In this document: piece after piece, positions 8,112-17,049 of the stretch
Layout of the letters: each line of letters starts with the position of its first letter
How positions within the stretch are numbered: the stretch's first letter is position 1
Source of the DNA: Geobacter metallireducens GS-15
GTDB taxonomy: Bacteria > Desulfobacterota > Desulfuromonadia > Geobacterales > Geobacteraceae
Direction: 5' to 3'
Assembly (NCBI RefSeq): GCF_000012925.1
Contig: NC_007517.1
Location: 330,001-362,000 of the forward strand
DNA: 32,000 nucleotides
Program-made: the position numbers and the translations under genes
Notes under the pieces: model-generated
The model's database searches: none
What the model saw: the letters and a program-made list of their open reading frames with translations, nothing else
What the model was told of the DNA's origin: nothing

Positions 8112-8196
8112 CAGAATTCAGGAGTCAGAATTCAGAATTCAGGAGAAAGGCAGGCTCCATTCCATGCTGACTACTATATTCCGACTTCTGACTCCT
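8112..8196 (+). repeat. Tandem CAGAATTCAGGAG repeats and a long-range 11-bp stem in the moaA-MOSC spacer
   Basis: The 13-nt direct repeat occurs at 8112-8124 and 8133-8145, with a third CAGAATT at 8126. AGGAGTCAGAA (8120-8130) is exactly complementary to TTCTGACTCCT (8186-8196), which ends a few nt before the MOSC RBS. Confidence 0.5.
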
Positions 8197-8212
8197 TCAA
8201 GGAGAGGTTCAT

Positions 8213-8653
8213 ATGTCTGCAAAAGTGATAGCCGTCTGCATCAGCGAGAACAAGGGTGAGCGGAAGACGCCGGTGGCGAGCGTTGAGCTTCGGGAGAACC
8301 ACGGCATTGTGGGGGATGCCCACGCGGGGGAGTGGCACCGGCAGGTGAGCCTCCTGGCCGCGGAGAGCATCGAAAAGATGCGCAAGATGGGGCTCGACGT
8401 GGACAGCGGCGACTTTGCCGAGAACATCACCACCGAGGGGATCGACCTTCCCGCGCTCCCGGTGGGGACGCGGCTCGCGGTGGGGGAAACGCTCCTGGAG
8501 GTGACCCAGATCGGCAAGGAGTGCCATACCCGCTGCGCCATCTACCACCAGGCCGGCGACTGCGTCATGCCCAAGGAAGGGATCTTCGCCAGGGTCATCA
8601 CCGGCGGGGTGGTAAGACCGGGTGATCCGATTGCCGTGGTTCGCGGGGGGTAA
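8213..8653 (+). CDS. MOSC domain-containing protein
   Basis: 146 aa. MOSC-like core (GIVGDAHAG..HRQVSLLA.E ... GENITTEGIDL ... GKECHTRCAIYH). AAGGAGAGG RBS. Confidence 0.88.
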   Translation: MSAKVIAVCISENKGERKTPVASVELRENHGIVGDAHAGEWHRQVSLLAAESIEKMRKMGLDVDSGDFAENITTEGIDLPALPVGTRLAVGETLLEVTQIGKECHTRCAIYHQAGDCVMPKEGIFARVITGGVVRPGDPIAVVRGG

Positions 8654-8654
8654 T

Positions 8655-8690
8655 GTTACCGTTTCTCCCCGCATGTTACCCATACGTAAT
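8655..8690. promoter_or_regulatory. Putative enhancer (UAS) for sigma54 promoter P1
   Basis: GTTACCCATACGTAAT at 8675-8690 matches 10/12 arm positions of GTTACC-N4-GGTAAC. An extra GTTACC half-site sits at 8655-8660. The palindrome centre is 104 bp upstream of the P1 GG. Confidence 0.4.
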
Positions 8691-8784
8691 ACCCTTTGAA
8701 TCAGGTCGTTCCCTCCTGAATATCCCTGCCTGAAAAAATCGCACAAAAATAGTCAGTTGCGGAATCCATGGTTTTTTACCCTTT

Positions 8785-8800
8785 TGGTAGGCTCCTTGCT
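8785..8800 (+). promoter_or_regulatory. Sigma54 (-24/-12) promoter P1
   Basis: TGGTAGGCTCCTTGCT has GG and GC spaced as in TGGCAC-N5-TTGC. The flank CTTTTGGTA is shared with P2 and P4. Confidence 0.65.
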
Positions 8801-8882
8801 AAACGGAAGGGTGAGGCCATGTTCCGCGGCCTCTGAGCGCCGTTCGAACAGGGACGTATCGAACCATTACAGGAGGTAATGC

Positions 8883-9074
8883 ATGTGCGGGAGCAAACAT
8901 CACGACAAACATCTCTGCAGCCTGAAGAGTAGCGGCGAGCCCCACAGGCCCGGCACGGCCAGGGTGGAGTGCGGTCACTGCGGGGCACGGACCGATGACC
9001 CGGGAAAGGTCTGTGAGCCGATAACGCGACCAGCCATAGGATGGTTCAGTAATGGTTCCGACTATCTCGACTAG
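8883..9074 (+). CDS. Small Cys/His-rich protein (63 aa), function unknown
   Basis: AGGAGG lies 7 nt before the ATG. Sequence includes MCGSKHHDKHLC ... VECGHCGARTDDPGKVCEP. The ORF is bracketed by sigma54 promoter P1 upstream and a hairpin terminator 20 nt downstream. Confidence 0.6.
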   Translation: MCGSKHHDKHLCSLKSSGEPHRPGTARVECGHCGARTDDPGKVCEPITRPAIGWFSNGSDYLD

Positions 9075-9093
9075 GAGACACTAACACAACAAG

Positions 9094-9125
9094 GCCACTT
9101 CGCTGACGGGAAGTGGCTTTTCCTT
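9094..9125 (+). terminator. Rho-independent terminator after the small ORF
   Basis: GCCACTTC (9094-9101) pairs with GAAGTGGC (9110-9117) around an 8-nt loop, followed by TTTTCCTTTTCC. Confidence 0.7.
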
Positions 9126-9163
9126 TTCCTGCGAGACCGAACAGAACGTTGAGGAACAGGGCC

Positions 9164-9604
9164 ATGAATGTGACTGCCATTGACGAAGCGATCGACAAAT
9201 ATGTCCATGAACGGATGATGAACAAGGGCAAGCAACCAGCCGCGACACGATTCCTCTCCTACGCGTACCTGAAGTACGGGGGAGACGATCTGGCTGAATT
9301 CATGAAAAAGGTGGAGGGGTTGCTATGCTACTACATCGACTATCTCAAGGTCATGGGGAACCCGTTGAAAGGGCCGGAGTTGGCGTGGTTTCTGTCCATG
9401 CTTACGGTAGGCGCGGCCAGTTGCTACCTGATGAATTCGGAAGAATTACGGCCTGCCGGAATAGCGGTTTTTGTCGGCACGCTGGTTCATGCCGGCTCAC
9501 TCCTCTGCCATGCTGCCCGCAAATGGTGTGAGGCAGGGGTCATGATCGCCATTTACCGGGAGATCCTGGAGATTGCCGAAGGTGAGGCCAAGGGGGCAGT
9601 GTAA
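9164..9604 (+). CDS. Hypothetical protein with two hydrophobic segments
   Basis: ORF 9113..9604 trimmed to the ATG at 9164 (GAGGAA RBS), because the upstream part overlaps the terminator. No recognisable domain. GC is visibly lower than in neighbouring genes. Confidence 0.55.
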   Translation: MNVTAIDEAIDKYVHERMMNKGKQPAATRFLSYAYLKYGGDDLAEFMKKVEGLLCYYIDYLKVMGNPLKGPELAWFLSMLTVGAASCYLMNSEELRPAGIAVFVGTLVHAGSLLCHAARKWCEAGVMIAIYREILEIAEGEAKGAV

Positions 9605-9631
9605 CCCTTTCTCCCTTCCCTTCGGTCCCTG

Positions 9632-12427
9632 TTATCCCGTGTTCCTTAGCCCCGCGGCAATGCCGTTGATGGTGGCCGCCAGGACGTAGTTCAGCTCGTC
9701 GCTCTCTTCCCCGGCCCGCTTGCGCCGCAGGAGCTCGATCTGGATCATGCTCAGGGGGTCGATGTAGGGGTTCCGCAGCCGCAGCGACGCGGTCAGGGCC
9801 GGGTTCTTTTCCAGAAGCCGCGCCTGGCCCGTGACCGCCAGGACCATCCGCCGGGTCCGTTGGTATTCCTCCACGATCATGGCGAAGACCCGCTCGCGAA
9901 TTCCCGCGTCGGTCACCAGGGACGCGTAGAGTCGGGCCAGGGGGAGATCCACCTTGGTGAGGGCCAGTTCCACGTTCCTGATCAGATCGAAAAAGAAGGG
10001 GAAGCGCCCCATCATGGACCTGAGGAACTCCAACCGACCTTCTCCCCCGACGGCGAAGCGATCCAGGGCGAAGCCGACCCCGAACCAGCCCGGTATCACG
10101 TGGCGGCTCTGTATCCAGCCGAAGCCCCAGGGTATGGCCCGCAGCTCCGCTATATCCCGGCTCCGGCTCCGGCGCGCGGGGCGGGAGCCGATCTTTGCCA
10201 GCTCGAATTCCAGGACCGGCGTGGCCTGCTCGAAGTAGGGGAGGATGTCGGGGTTGCCGGTGATCCGCTCACGGTAGAAGGTGAAGGCGCTCCCCGACAT
10301 CTCCTCCAGGGCTTCCTCCCATGCCGGCTCGGGCCGTGTCTCCACGAGGCCGGCGCGGGCCAGGGTCTCCAGGGAGGCGGCCACCATCAGCTCCAGGTTC
10401 CGTTTCGCCAGGGACGGGTCGGAGTATTTCCAGTTGATGACCTCTCCCTGCTCGGTGATCTTGAGGGCGCCGGAGAAGCCGTCGGCCGGCTGGGCGATGA
10501 TGGCCCGGTGGGTGGGGCCGCCCCCCCTCCCCACGGTGCCGCCGCGGCCGTGAAAGAGGCGCAGACGCACTCCGCACTCCTGGGCCACCCGCTGGAGATC
10601 CCGGTGGGCCTTGTGGATCTCCCAGGTGCTCGTGAACATCCCCCCGTCCTTGTTGGAATCCGAATAGCCGAGCATCACCTCTTGCCGGCGTCCCCACGAA
10701 TCGAGAAACGGCCCGTATTCGGGCGAGCACCAGAGGGCGCGGCAGATCCCCGGCGCGTTGCGCAGGTCTTCGATGGACTCGAAGAGGGGGACCGGCATCA
10801 CCCCCGGGTCCTTTCCGTCCGGCGAGGCGGCCACGCGGATGCCGCAGAGCTCCATGAGCCAGATGAGGGAGAGGGTGTCCCGGGCCGAGGAGGCGCCGCT
10901 GATGACGTAGCTCCTGATTGCCTTGGGGGAGTAGCGCTGCTTCAGCTTTGCCACGGCCCGGAGGGTGTCGAGGAGTTCGGTGGTCTCGGCGGACGGGGGG
11001 GGAGGGACGGGGTGAACCCCCTCCTCGCAGCTGCCGGCGCCGGCGGCCAGCTCTGCCACGGCCCGGGCATGGATCCGGGCATGCTGCCGGATATCGAGGG
11101 CGTGGAGGTGGAAGCCGAAGGTCTCCACCTGCCGCAGGAGCGGGTCCACGTAGCGGCGTGCCAGCCGCTCCCCTTCCCCCTGGGCGAGGCTTGTGCGCAC
11201 CAGCATGAGGTCGGCGGCGAAGGCTCCGGCATCGGGATAGGCGTCGGGGTGGTCTTCCCCGTCGCGGGTCTGCATGAGGCGGTGGTGGACACACCGGAGG
11301 AATTTCCGGTATGGCTCGCACTCGGGGTAGATGCCGGTTTCCGCGGCTGCTCCGGCCAGGGCGGCGACATAGCGCTCCAGGGCCTCCCGGAGCTGCGGCG
11401 AGACCGTCACCCGATTGGTTGACGGCGTCAGGAGCTCCTTCAGTTCCTCGACCCCGTCCAGGTACCGGGCGAGGATCATCTGGCGGGCTGATTCCAGGGC
11501 GTGTCGGGTGGTGCCGACTGTCACGTTGGGGTTGCCGTCCCGATCCCCGCCGATCCAGGAGCCGAAGCGGATCACGGTGGGGAAGGCAGCATCGGGGAGG
11601 TCCGCGCCGTAGACCTGGCGGAAATCCTCGGCCATTTCTTCATAGAGGCCCGCCAGGGGCGCCATGAGGGAGCCGGGATAGTGGTCGAGCCCCATCCTGA
11701 TCTCGTCGGTCACCCCCTGGGGACGGCGGCGCACCTCGTCCGTCTGCCAGAGGGCGGTGATCTCCGCGAAGATGGCCTCCTGTCGCCGGTCAGCCTCGTC
11801 GCCGGCCAGGGGGAGGAGGTCAAGCTCCGCCAGCTCCCGGGCGATCCGGCGTCGCTTGAAGAGGACCACACGCCGCGCCACTTCCGTCGGATGAGCGGTG
11901 AAGACCGGCATGATCTCCACCTGCCGCAGCAGATCGAGGGCTTTTTCGGCCGTTATTCCCCCATCCCGCATCCGCATCAGGGTGCCCAGCAGGGAACCGG
12001 GCTTCACGGGGGCAGCGGGTGAAAGTTGCGTGGCCCGGCGCCGGCGCATCCGGTGGTTGGTCTCCGCCAGGTTGGTGAGCTCGAAGAAGGTCCCGAAGGC
12101 CTTGACGATCTGGTAGGTCTCGGCCACGGTCATCGTTCCCACGATCCTGACGGCCCGTTCCTGGAGTTCCTGCTCGGCGGGGCTGTCGAGGACCGCTTCC
12201 TCCTGGTCGGCGAGTGCCCGATGGCTGATGGCCAGCCGACGGAGCTCTTCCTCGGCATCGTAGGCAGCCGGCCCCGCCTGCTCCTTGATCACCTCACCCA
12301 GCAACCGACCCAGGGAGCGGACATCGCGCCGCAGCGGGATATCCTTCAGGGCCGGGTCCAGGGTCATCAGCTCGTTCAGCCGCACGGCCTGGTCGTCCGC
12401 CTTCCAGAACAGCTCTCGTTCCGCCAT
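9632..12427 (-). CDS. ppc: Phosphoenolpyruvate carboxylase
   Basis: 931 aa. Typical motifs VFTAHPTE, GYSDSNKDGG, FHGRGGTVGRGGGP and the C-terminal INGIAAGLRNTG. GGAGGA RBS. Confidence 0.95.
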   Translation of the reverse strand: MAERELFWKADDQAVRLNELMTLDPALKDIPLRRDVRSLGRLLGEVIKEQAGPAAYDAEEELRRLAISHRALADQEEAVLDSPAEQELQERAVRIVGTMTVAETYQIVKAFGTFFELTNLAETNHRMRRRRATQLSPAAPVKPGSLLGTLMRMRDGGITAEKALDLLRQVEIMPVFTAHPTEVARRVVLFKRRRIARELAELDLLPLAGDEADRRQEAIFAEITALWQTDEVRRRPQGVTDEIRMGLDHYPGSLMAPLAGLYEEMAEDFRQVYGADLPDAAFPTVIRFGSWIGGDRDGNPNVTVGTTRHALESARQMILARYLDGVEELKELLTPSTNRVTVSPQLREALERYVAALAGAAAETGIYPECEPYRKFLRCVHHRLMQTRDGEDHPDAYPDAGAFAADLMLVRTSLAQGEGERLARRYVDPLLRQVETFGFHLHALDIRQHARIHARAVAELAAGAGSCEEGVHPVPPPPSAETTELLDTLRAVAKLKQRYSPKAIRSYVISGASSARDTLSLIWLMELCGIRVAASPDGKDPGVMPVPLFESIEDLRNAPGICRALWCSPEYGPFLDSWGRRQEVMLGYSDSNKDGGMFTSTWEIHKAHRDLQRVAQECGVRLRLFHGRGGTVGRGGGPTHRAIIAQPADGFSGALKITEQGEVINWKYSDPSLAKRNLELMVAASLETLARAGLVETRPEPAWEEALEEMSGSAFTFYRERITGNPDILPYFEQATPVLEFELAKIGSRPARRSRSRDIAELRAIPWGFGWIQSRHVIPGWFGVGFALDRFAVGGEGRLEFLRSMMGRFPFFFDLIRNVELALTKVDLPLARLYASLVTDAGIRERVFAMIVEEYQRTRRMVLAVTGQARLLEKNPALTASLRLRNPYIDPLSMIQIELLRRKRAGEESDELNYVLAATINGIAAGLRNTG

Positions 12428-12613
12428 GATTTCATCCTCCGGTGATGGTTGTGTCCCTGTTGTTGCTGCTGTGATTCAAATGCCGTGCCGCTGGGTTGGC
12501 ATTCCCACGTGAAGGGGTGGCGCTTGCTCTGCCAGTAGGGGCGCGGCAAGCACCGCCCCTACAAATGTACCCCATTTCGAACCATATGAAAGAACGCGGA
12601 TCATCCGAATCCG

Positions 12614-12651
12614 CGTAACCCTTCTCACCCGCCACGTTACGCTATGGAAAC
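12614..12651. promoter_or_regulatory. Putative enhancer (UAS) for sigma54 promoter P2
   Basis: GTTACGCTATGGAAAC at 12636-12651 matches 10/12 arm positions. A CGTAAC half-site sits at 12614-12619. The centre is 106 bp upstream of the P2 GG. An AT-rich tract at 12694-12730 lies between UAS and promoter. Confidence 0.45.
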
Positions 12652-12747
12652 ATCTGCTTGTGCCCGCCGGCACCTCCTGCCAGTGAGTGCCCTTAAAAAA
12701 CTCCGCAAAATCAGATAGTTAATTTTTTTTATGGTGACCATCACTTT

Positions 12748-12763
12748 TGGTATGCCGATTGCC
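12748..12763 (+). promoter_or_regulatory. Sigma54 (-24/-12) promoter P2
   Basis: TGGTATGCCGATTGCC has correct GG/GC spacing. The flanks CTTTTGGTA and TTGCCATT are shared with the other three promoters. Confidence 0.7.
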
Positions 12764-12922
12764 ATTATATCGGCAACCTGCTCTTCCTGGTGTATGGTCA
12801 GCCGCCTGATCTCTGTGTCAGGGCCGTGGCAGACTGTCAAAATCCGGAAGATTAGTTGGCTGCAGCCGATGCAGCACTATCAAAAGCTGAGCGACGTTAA
12901 CAAAGGGCATGAGGAGGTCTCT

Positions 12923-14194
12923 ATGCAGTTGACAGGATTAAAGTATGGAAGAAGGCTGCTCGATCTGGTGGAGTTTCCCGTGTCGCAGGTTCTGACAGAG
13001 GATGCTTCCCACGATGAGATCAATGAGCTGATTGCATCCCATGGCGGCAAGTGTATTGTCAAACCGGTGTTCCTCGGTGGCGTGGGGAAAAAGGGTAAGG
13101 CTGGTCTAGTGCGCATTTGTTCCAATGTCTTTGACGCGATGGTCGCCAAGCGTGACCTCTTCTTTGCCACCCATCACCAGGGGAACCGCGAGGTGCAGGC
13201 CTGTGGCGTGACCTTTGAAGGATACATCGCCTCGGACATCGAGATCTACGTGAGCATCTCCGAGTCCAGTGAATACCGGATGCCGGTCCTCCTCCTGACC
13301 ACCAAGGGTGGGGTCGACGTGGAAGATGTCCCCCCCGAGGACAAGCGGACCATCGTCTTCAACCCGGTCACCGGCGTGAAGTCGTTCCATATCAACGATG
13401 CCCTGCGGGAGCTGAAGTGCCCCCCCCAGTACATCAGTTCCCTCGTTCAGCATCTGCCGAAGCTCTGGCAGGTCTATGACAACTACGGCCTCACCACCCT
13501 GGAGCTGAACCCCATCCGGATGGGGAAGGTGAAGGGGCGCTACGTCCCCTTCGCCTGCGACATCAAGGCCTCCTTCGACCAGGACAACCCGGCCTGGAAA
13601 CGGCTCGGCTACCCGGAGGAGATCTTCTCCACCACCATCACCCAGTTCGAGTCGGAGATCAATGTCCTGCGGACCCACCAGGGGCAGAGCGACGTGACGG
13701 AGGTGAACCCCAAGGGGACGATCCTCCCCTTCATCTTCGGGGGCGGGGCCAACAGCGCTGCCACGGAGATCCTGGCGGACCGGGCCATCATCTCCTCCGA
13801 CTTCGGCGGCAACCCCCCCTACGAGAAGATCAGGGCCATTGCCGACATCACCTTCAAGCACTGGCTTCCCCAGGCGAACGTGGTGCTCCTGATCGGGGGA
13901 CGGGCCAACAACACCAACATCTTCACCACCTTCAAGGCGATCTTCGATTCGCTTCGGGAGCACATCCGCCTGAACCCCGACGTCTTCGTGGTGGCGGGGC
14001 GGGGCGGTCCCATGGTGGTGGAGGGGATGGTCTACGGCAGGGACGTCCTCGACTCCCTTCGTGTCCCCTACCGCTTCTTCGGCCATGACAGCAGCATGAT
14101 GAGCGTTCTGCAGCATGCCATCGAGATCGATTCGTTTCTTGAGCCGAAACCGGTCGCGGTGGCGCCGAAGCAGATCAAGGCCAAGGCGGCGTGA
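12923..14194 (+). CDS. aclB: ATP-citrate lyase beta / citryl-CoA synthetase ATP-grasp subunit-like protein
   Basis: ORF 12731..14194 trimmed to the ATG at 12923 (GAGGAGG RBS). 423 aa. SucC/AclB-like ATP-grasp N-terminus (KPVFLGGVGKKGKAGLVRI). Directly precedes the alpha-like subunit. Confidence 0.82.
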   Translation: MQLTGLKYGRRLLDLVEFPVSQVLTEDASHDEINELIASHGGKCIVKPVFLGGVGKKGKAGLVRICSNVFDAMVAKRDLFFATHHQGNREVQACGVTFEGYIASDIEIYVSISESSEYRMPVLLLTTKGGVDVEDVPPEDKRTIVFNPVTGVKSFHINDALRELKCPPQYISSLVQHLPKLWQVYDNYGLTTLELNPIRMGKVKGRYVPFACDIKASFDQDNPAWKRLGYPEEIFSTTITQFESEINVLRTHQGQSDVTEVNPKGTILPFIFGGGANSAATEILADRAIISSDFGGNPPYEKIRAIADITFKHWLPQANVVLLIGGRANNTNIFTTFKAIFDSLREHIRLNPDVFVVAGRGGPMVVEGMVYGRDVLDSLRVPYRFFGHDSSMMSVLQHAIEIDSFLEPKPVAVAPKQIKAKAA

Positions 14195-14236
14195 GCAGCG
14201 TCGCGAGACGGAACGACTTCACGAAGGAGATAACCA

Positions 14237-16966
14237 ATGAACTATCAAAATAATCCCTTTCCCTACCACGTCGGTGTCCAGTCGCTCCACGAGCTGGCCA
14301 ACAAGCATTCCCGGGTCTGCATCATGAACATCCGGGGGACCGAGAGCTCACTCGTCACCCCCGTCTCCCACGCTTACAGCGGCGGGAACGTGGTTGCCGG
14401 GGTCCAGTACGGTGAGTCGGGCGGAACCTTCGAGACCCCCGTGGGGGACATCCCGGTCTTCGGCAGCATCTCCGACGTCATCAGGGCTGGCATCCACTTC
14501 GACACCGGCGTGGTCTATCTCCCCCCCAGCGCCGTTTCCCACGCGGTGTCGGAGATGTGCGCCCGTAACGTCAACCTGAAGCGGATCGTCATCGTGACCG
14601 AGAAGGTCTCGGCCCGGGATTCGCGCCTGATCCGCTACGGCTGCCAGAACGCCAAGGTGGACGTGATCGGGGCCAACACCCTGGGGATTGCCAACTCCTG
14701 GGATCAGGTGCGGATCGGCGGCGCCCTGGGGGGGGACGTTCCGGCCCAGAGCCTGCGGAAGGGGAGTGTCGCCATCTACAGTAACTCCGGCAACTTCAGC
14801 ACCACCATCTCCGAGTACCTGAAGACCGCCGGGTTCGGAACCTCCACCATCCTCAGCAGCGGCAAGGACGTCTACATCCATTTCGCCCTGGCGGAATTCC
14901 TCTACTGCGCCGAGAACGACCCCCGCACCAAGGCCATCGTGGTCTACGTGGAACCGGGGGGGTACTACGAGAAGCAGGCCCTTGACTGGATCAGCGAGGG
15001 GCGCTTCAAGCTGACCAAGCCGATCATCGCCTGCGTGACCGGGCGGTGGAAGAAGAACCTGACCCGCTCCTGCGGCCACGCCGGAGCCATGGCGGGAAGC
15101 GGCGACGACGCCGAGGCGAAGGAGATCTGGTTCGATGACTTCTTCGGGGTGCCGGTCTTTGATCCGGAGCGGCCAGAGGTCTCCAAACGGGGGATCCGGA
15201 TCAGGACCATCCAGGATGTGCCCGAGGCGGTCACCGCCTGCATGGAGCTCATGGGCGAAAATCCCGACTTTCCCTCCACGGGGGATCTGAGCCTCAAGCC
15301 GTGGTTCGTAAACGATCAGGATCTGACCATGCCCCAGCAACTCCGGATGCATCCGGTGCGGGCCATCTCCCCCTACGGGGAGGAGATCGAGAAGTTCAAC
15401 AAGCTGGTGGGGGCCCGCATCATGCGGGAGCCCATGCGCAACCGCTCCGGCGCCAGCGCCATCGACCCGGCCGACTTCACCATCTCGCTCCACGGCCGCA
15501 AGCTCCTGGATCTCATCGAGGAGCCCTTCGGCGCCGTGACGGCCTACTCGGTCCTGAAGACCATGCCCGACGCCGGTCAGATGGCCGTCATCAACCCGCT
15601 CCTCAACTGGTTCGCGGCCCGGGGAAGCGAGAATATCGCCACTGTGGCTAGGGGGAGGGCCAACGGCTGCACCCCCAACGCCGCCATCGGCGCCGAGGTG
15701 CTCCTTGCGGGGAACAATCCCCTCTTTGAGTCGCTGCGGGCCACGAGCTCCTGGCTCATCGACCGGTTCTTCCACGAGACCGGGGGAGATCTCTCCATCA
15801 ACGAGGAGCTCATCGAGAAAGCATGCAGCGACGGCGAGGGATTCCCCGCCGCCGTGGAGGACCCCCGTTCGGAACAGCTGGCGGAGTATTTCGGAGCACT
15901 GCTCCGGACCCATGGCCAGGAGACAATCCTCACCCGTTTCGCCCAGGTGTATAGCGAGAAACGTCGCGCCGAGGGAGAACCCGTTGATTCCTTCACGCTT
16001 CTCGCCTCCGCCATCCTCCTGGGGCTCGCCTGGAAACCCCTGGCGGAGCGCCGCATCGCCCGGGAGGTTGCCCAGGATCTCGGGACGTACCTGGGGCTGA
16101 ACGGGATCATCGTTGGCGTCTCTCCCGTGAACCCGGAGCGGAATCCCTTCTGGCAGAAACTCCACGCGCTCATGGATCCGACGATCCTCTCTACCGATTT
16201 TGCGTCCACCTGCTTCCAGGTGCTTTTCAACCGGGTTCCGCAGGAGCAGGAGCTCTTCACCTACAACGCGCTCCTCAACCTCACCGTCACCAACGGCCCG
16301 GGAACCCTCAGCGCCAAGGGAGCCAAGGAAAGCATCAGCGCCCGCAACCACATCGCCACGGCCTATGCCGGCTTCCTGGCCAACACCGGCCTGGCCCACG
16401 GGGGGAATGGCTTCGAATCGGTGAGCTATCTCCTGGACATCTTCTCGGAGACCGACCCGTACCAGGGAACCCCGGTGGAGTTGGACCCGGTCCTCAAGGG
16501 GCTGGCAGCCCGGGCAACCCAGGAATTCGTGGTCCGGAAGAAGAAGGCGAAGATCGAAGGGGCGACGGAGCGGATTCCGTGCATCAACCATCCGGTGTTC
16601 CGCGACAAGGCCGAAAACCACGACCCGCGAGAGGTCTTCATCCGCAATCTTCTCAAGGGGAAGGAGATCCAGAATCCCTTCCTGGAGTTCTACCACCACC
16701 TGGTCACGGAGCTCCACGCCGAGGGGATAACGAGCAACGTCTACTGCGTCAACGTCGATGCGGTCATCGCGTGCATCGCCCTGGATCTCCTCTGGAAGCA
16801 GCTCCGGGACGGCGAAATCAGCGAGCAGGATGCCCAGGAGATCGTCTTCATCATGTTCCTCTACGGCCGGATGGCGGGGGTGTCGGCCGAAATCGCCGAC
16901 CACCTGGGCAGGGGACAGGATCTCGACTGCCGCACCAATCCCGGCGAGCTGGTGTATCTGGCGTAG
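14237..16966 (+). CDS. aclA: ATP-citrate lyase alpha-like large subunit: SucD-like CoA-ligase domain plus long insert plus citrate-synthase-like domain
   Basis: 909 aa. Phosphohistidine loop SCGHAGAMAGSG. C-terminal citrate-synthase-like motifs GLAHGGNG and INHPVFRDKAENHDPRE. AAGGAG RBS. Confidence 0.82.
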   Translation: MNYQNNPFPYHVGVQSLHELANKHSRVCIMNIRGTESSLVTPVSHAYSGGNVVAGVQYGESGGTFETPVGDIPVFGSISDVIRAGIHFDTGVVYLPPSAVSHAVSEMCARNVNLKRIVIVTEKVSARDSRLIRYGCQNAKVDVIGANTLGIANSWDQVRIGGALGGDVPAQSLRKGSVAIYSNSGNFSTTISEYLKTAGFGTSTILSSGKDVYIHFALAEFLYCAENDPRTKAIVVYVEPGGYYEKQALDWISEGRFKLTKPIIACVTGRWKKNLTRSCGHAGAMAGSGDDAEAKEIWFDDFFGVPVFDPERPEVSKRGIRIRTIQDVPEAVTACMELMGENPDFPSTGDLSLKPWFVNDQDLTMPQQLRMHPVRAISPYGEEIEKFNKLVGARIMREPMRNRSGASAIDPADFTISLHGRKLLDLIEEPFGAVTAYSVLKTMPDAGQMAVINPLLNWFAARGSENIATVARGRANGCTPNAAIGAEVLLAGNNPLFESLRATSSWLIDRFFHETGGDLSINEELIEKACSDGEGFPAAVEDPRSEQLAEYFGALLRTHGQETILTRFAQVYSEKRRAEGEPVDSFTLLASAILLGLAWKPLAERRIAREVAQDLGTYLGLNGIIVGVSPVNPERNPFWQKLHALMDPTILSTDFASTCFQVLFNRVPQEQELFTYNALLNLTVTNGPGTLSAKGAKESISARNHIATAYAGFLANTGLAHGGNGFESVSYLLDIFSETDPYQGTPVELDPVLKGLAARATQEFVVRKKKAKIEGATERIPCINHPVFRDKAENHDPREVFIRNLLKGKEIQNPFLEFYHHLVTELHAEGITSNVYCVNVDAVIACIALDLLWKQLRDGEISEQDAQEIVFIMFLYGRMAGVSAEIADHLGRGQDLDCRTNPGELVYLA

Positions 16967-16992
16967 CGTACCCCTCACCCGCCCTTCGGGCA

Positions 16993-17013
16993 CCCTCTCC
17001 CCCGGGGAGAGGG
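16993..17013 (+). other. Intercistronic GC hairpin between the ACL-like and CBS genes
   Basis: CCCTCTCC / GGAGAGGG stem (8-9 bp) with a tiny loop and no T-tract. It may be an RNA-stability or processing element. Confidence 0.3.
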
Positions 17014-17049
17014 GGAAGAAAACGACCGTTGGAACAAGGAGGTGGCTCC

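Noticed and set aside
8112-8212. Moco riboswitch upstream of the MOSC gene
   Set aside because: The context would fit. However, I could not find the conserved core I remember for the Moco RNA motif (the CUCCGAGCC-type segment and its partner). It is reported only as an unclassified structured spacer and needs a covariance-model check.
9113-9163. Upstream start (9113) for the hypothetical protein
   Set aside because: These codons lie inside the terminator hairpin and T-tract of the preceding small ORF. The ATG at 9164 has a GAGGAA RBS.
9860-11422. 520-aa plus-strand ORF and other ORFs inside ppc (10269..11321 and others)
   Set aside because: They are antisense or out of frame relative to a full-length PEP carboxylase and have shadow-frame composition.
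12546-12559. Minus-strand -24/-12-like AGGGGCGGTGCTTGC upstream of ppc
   Set aside because: It lacks the T before GG and the conserved flanks of P1-P4, sits in a G-rich stretch where GG-N10-GC arises easily, and its distance to the palindrome (about 85 bp) differs. It may still deserve a TSS check.
12731-12922. Upstream start of the aclB-like ORF (487 aa version)
   Set aside because: It would begin inside promoter P2. The residues are not SucC/AclB-like, and the ATG at 12923 has a GAGGAGG RBS.
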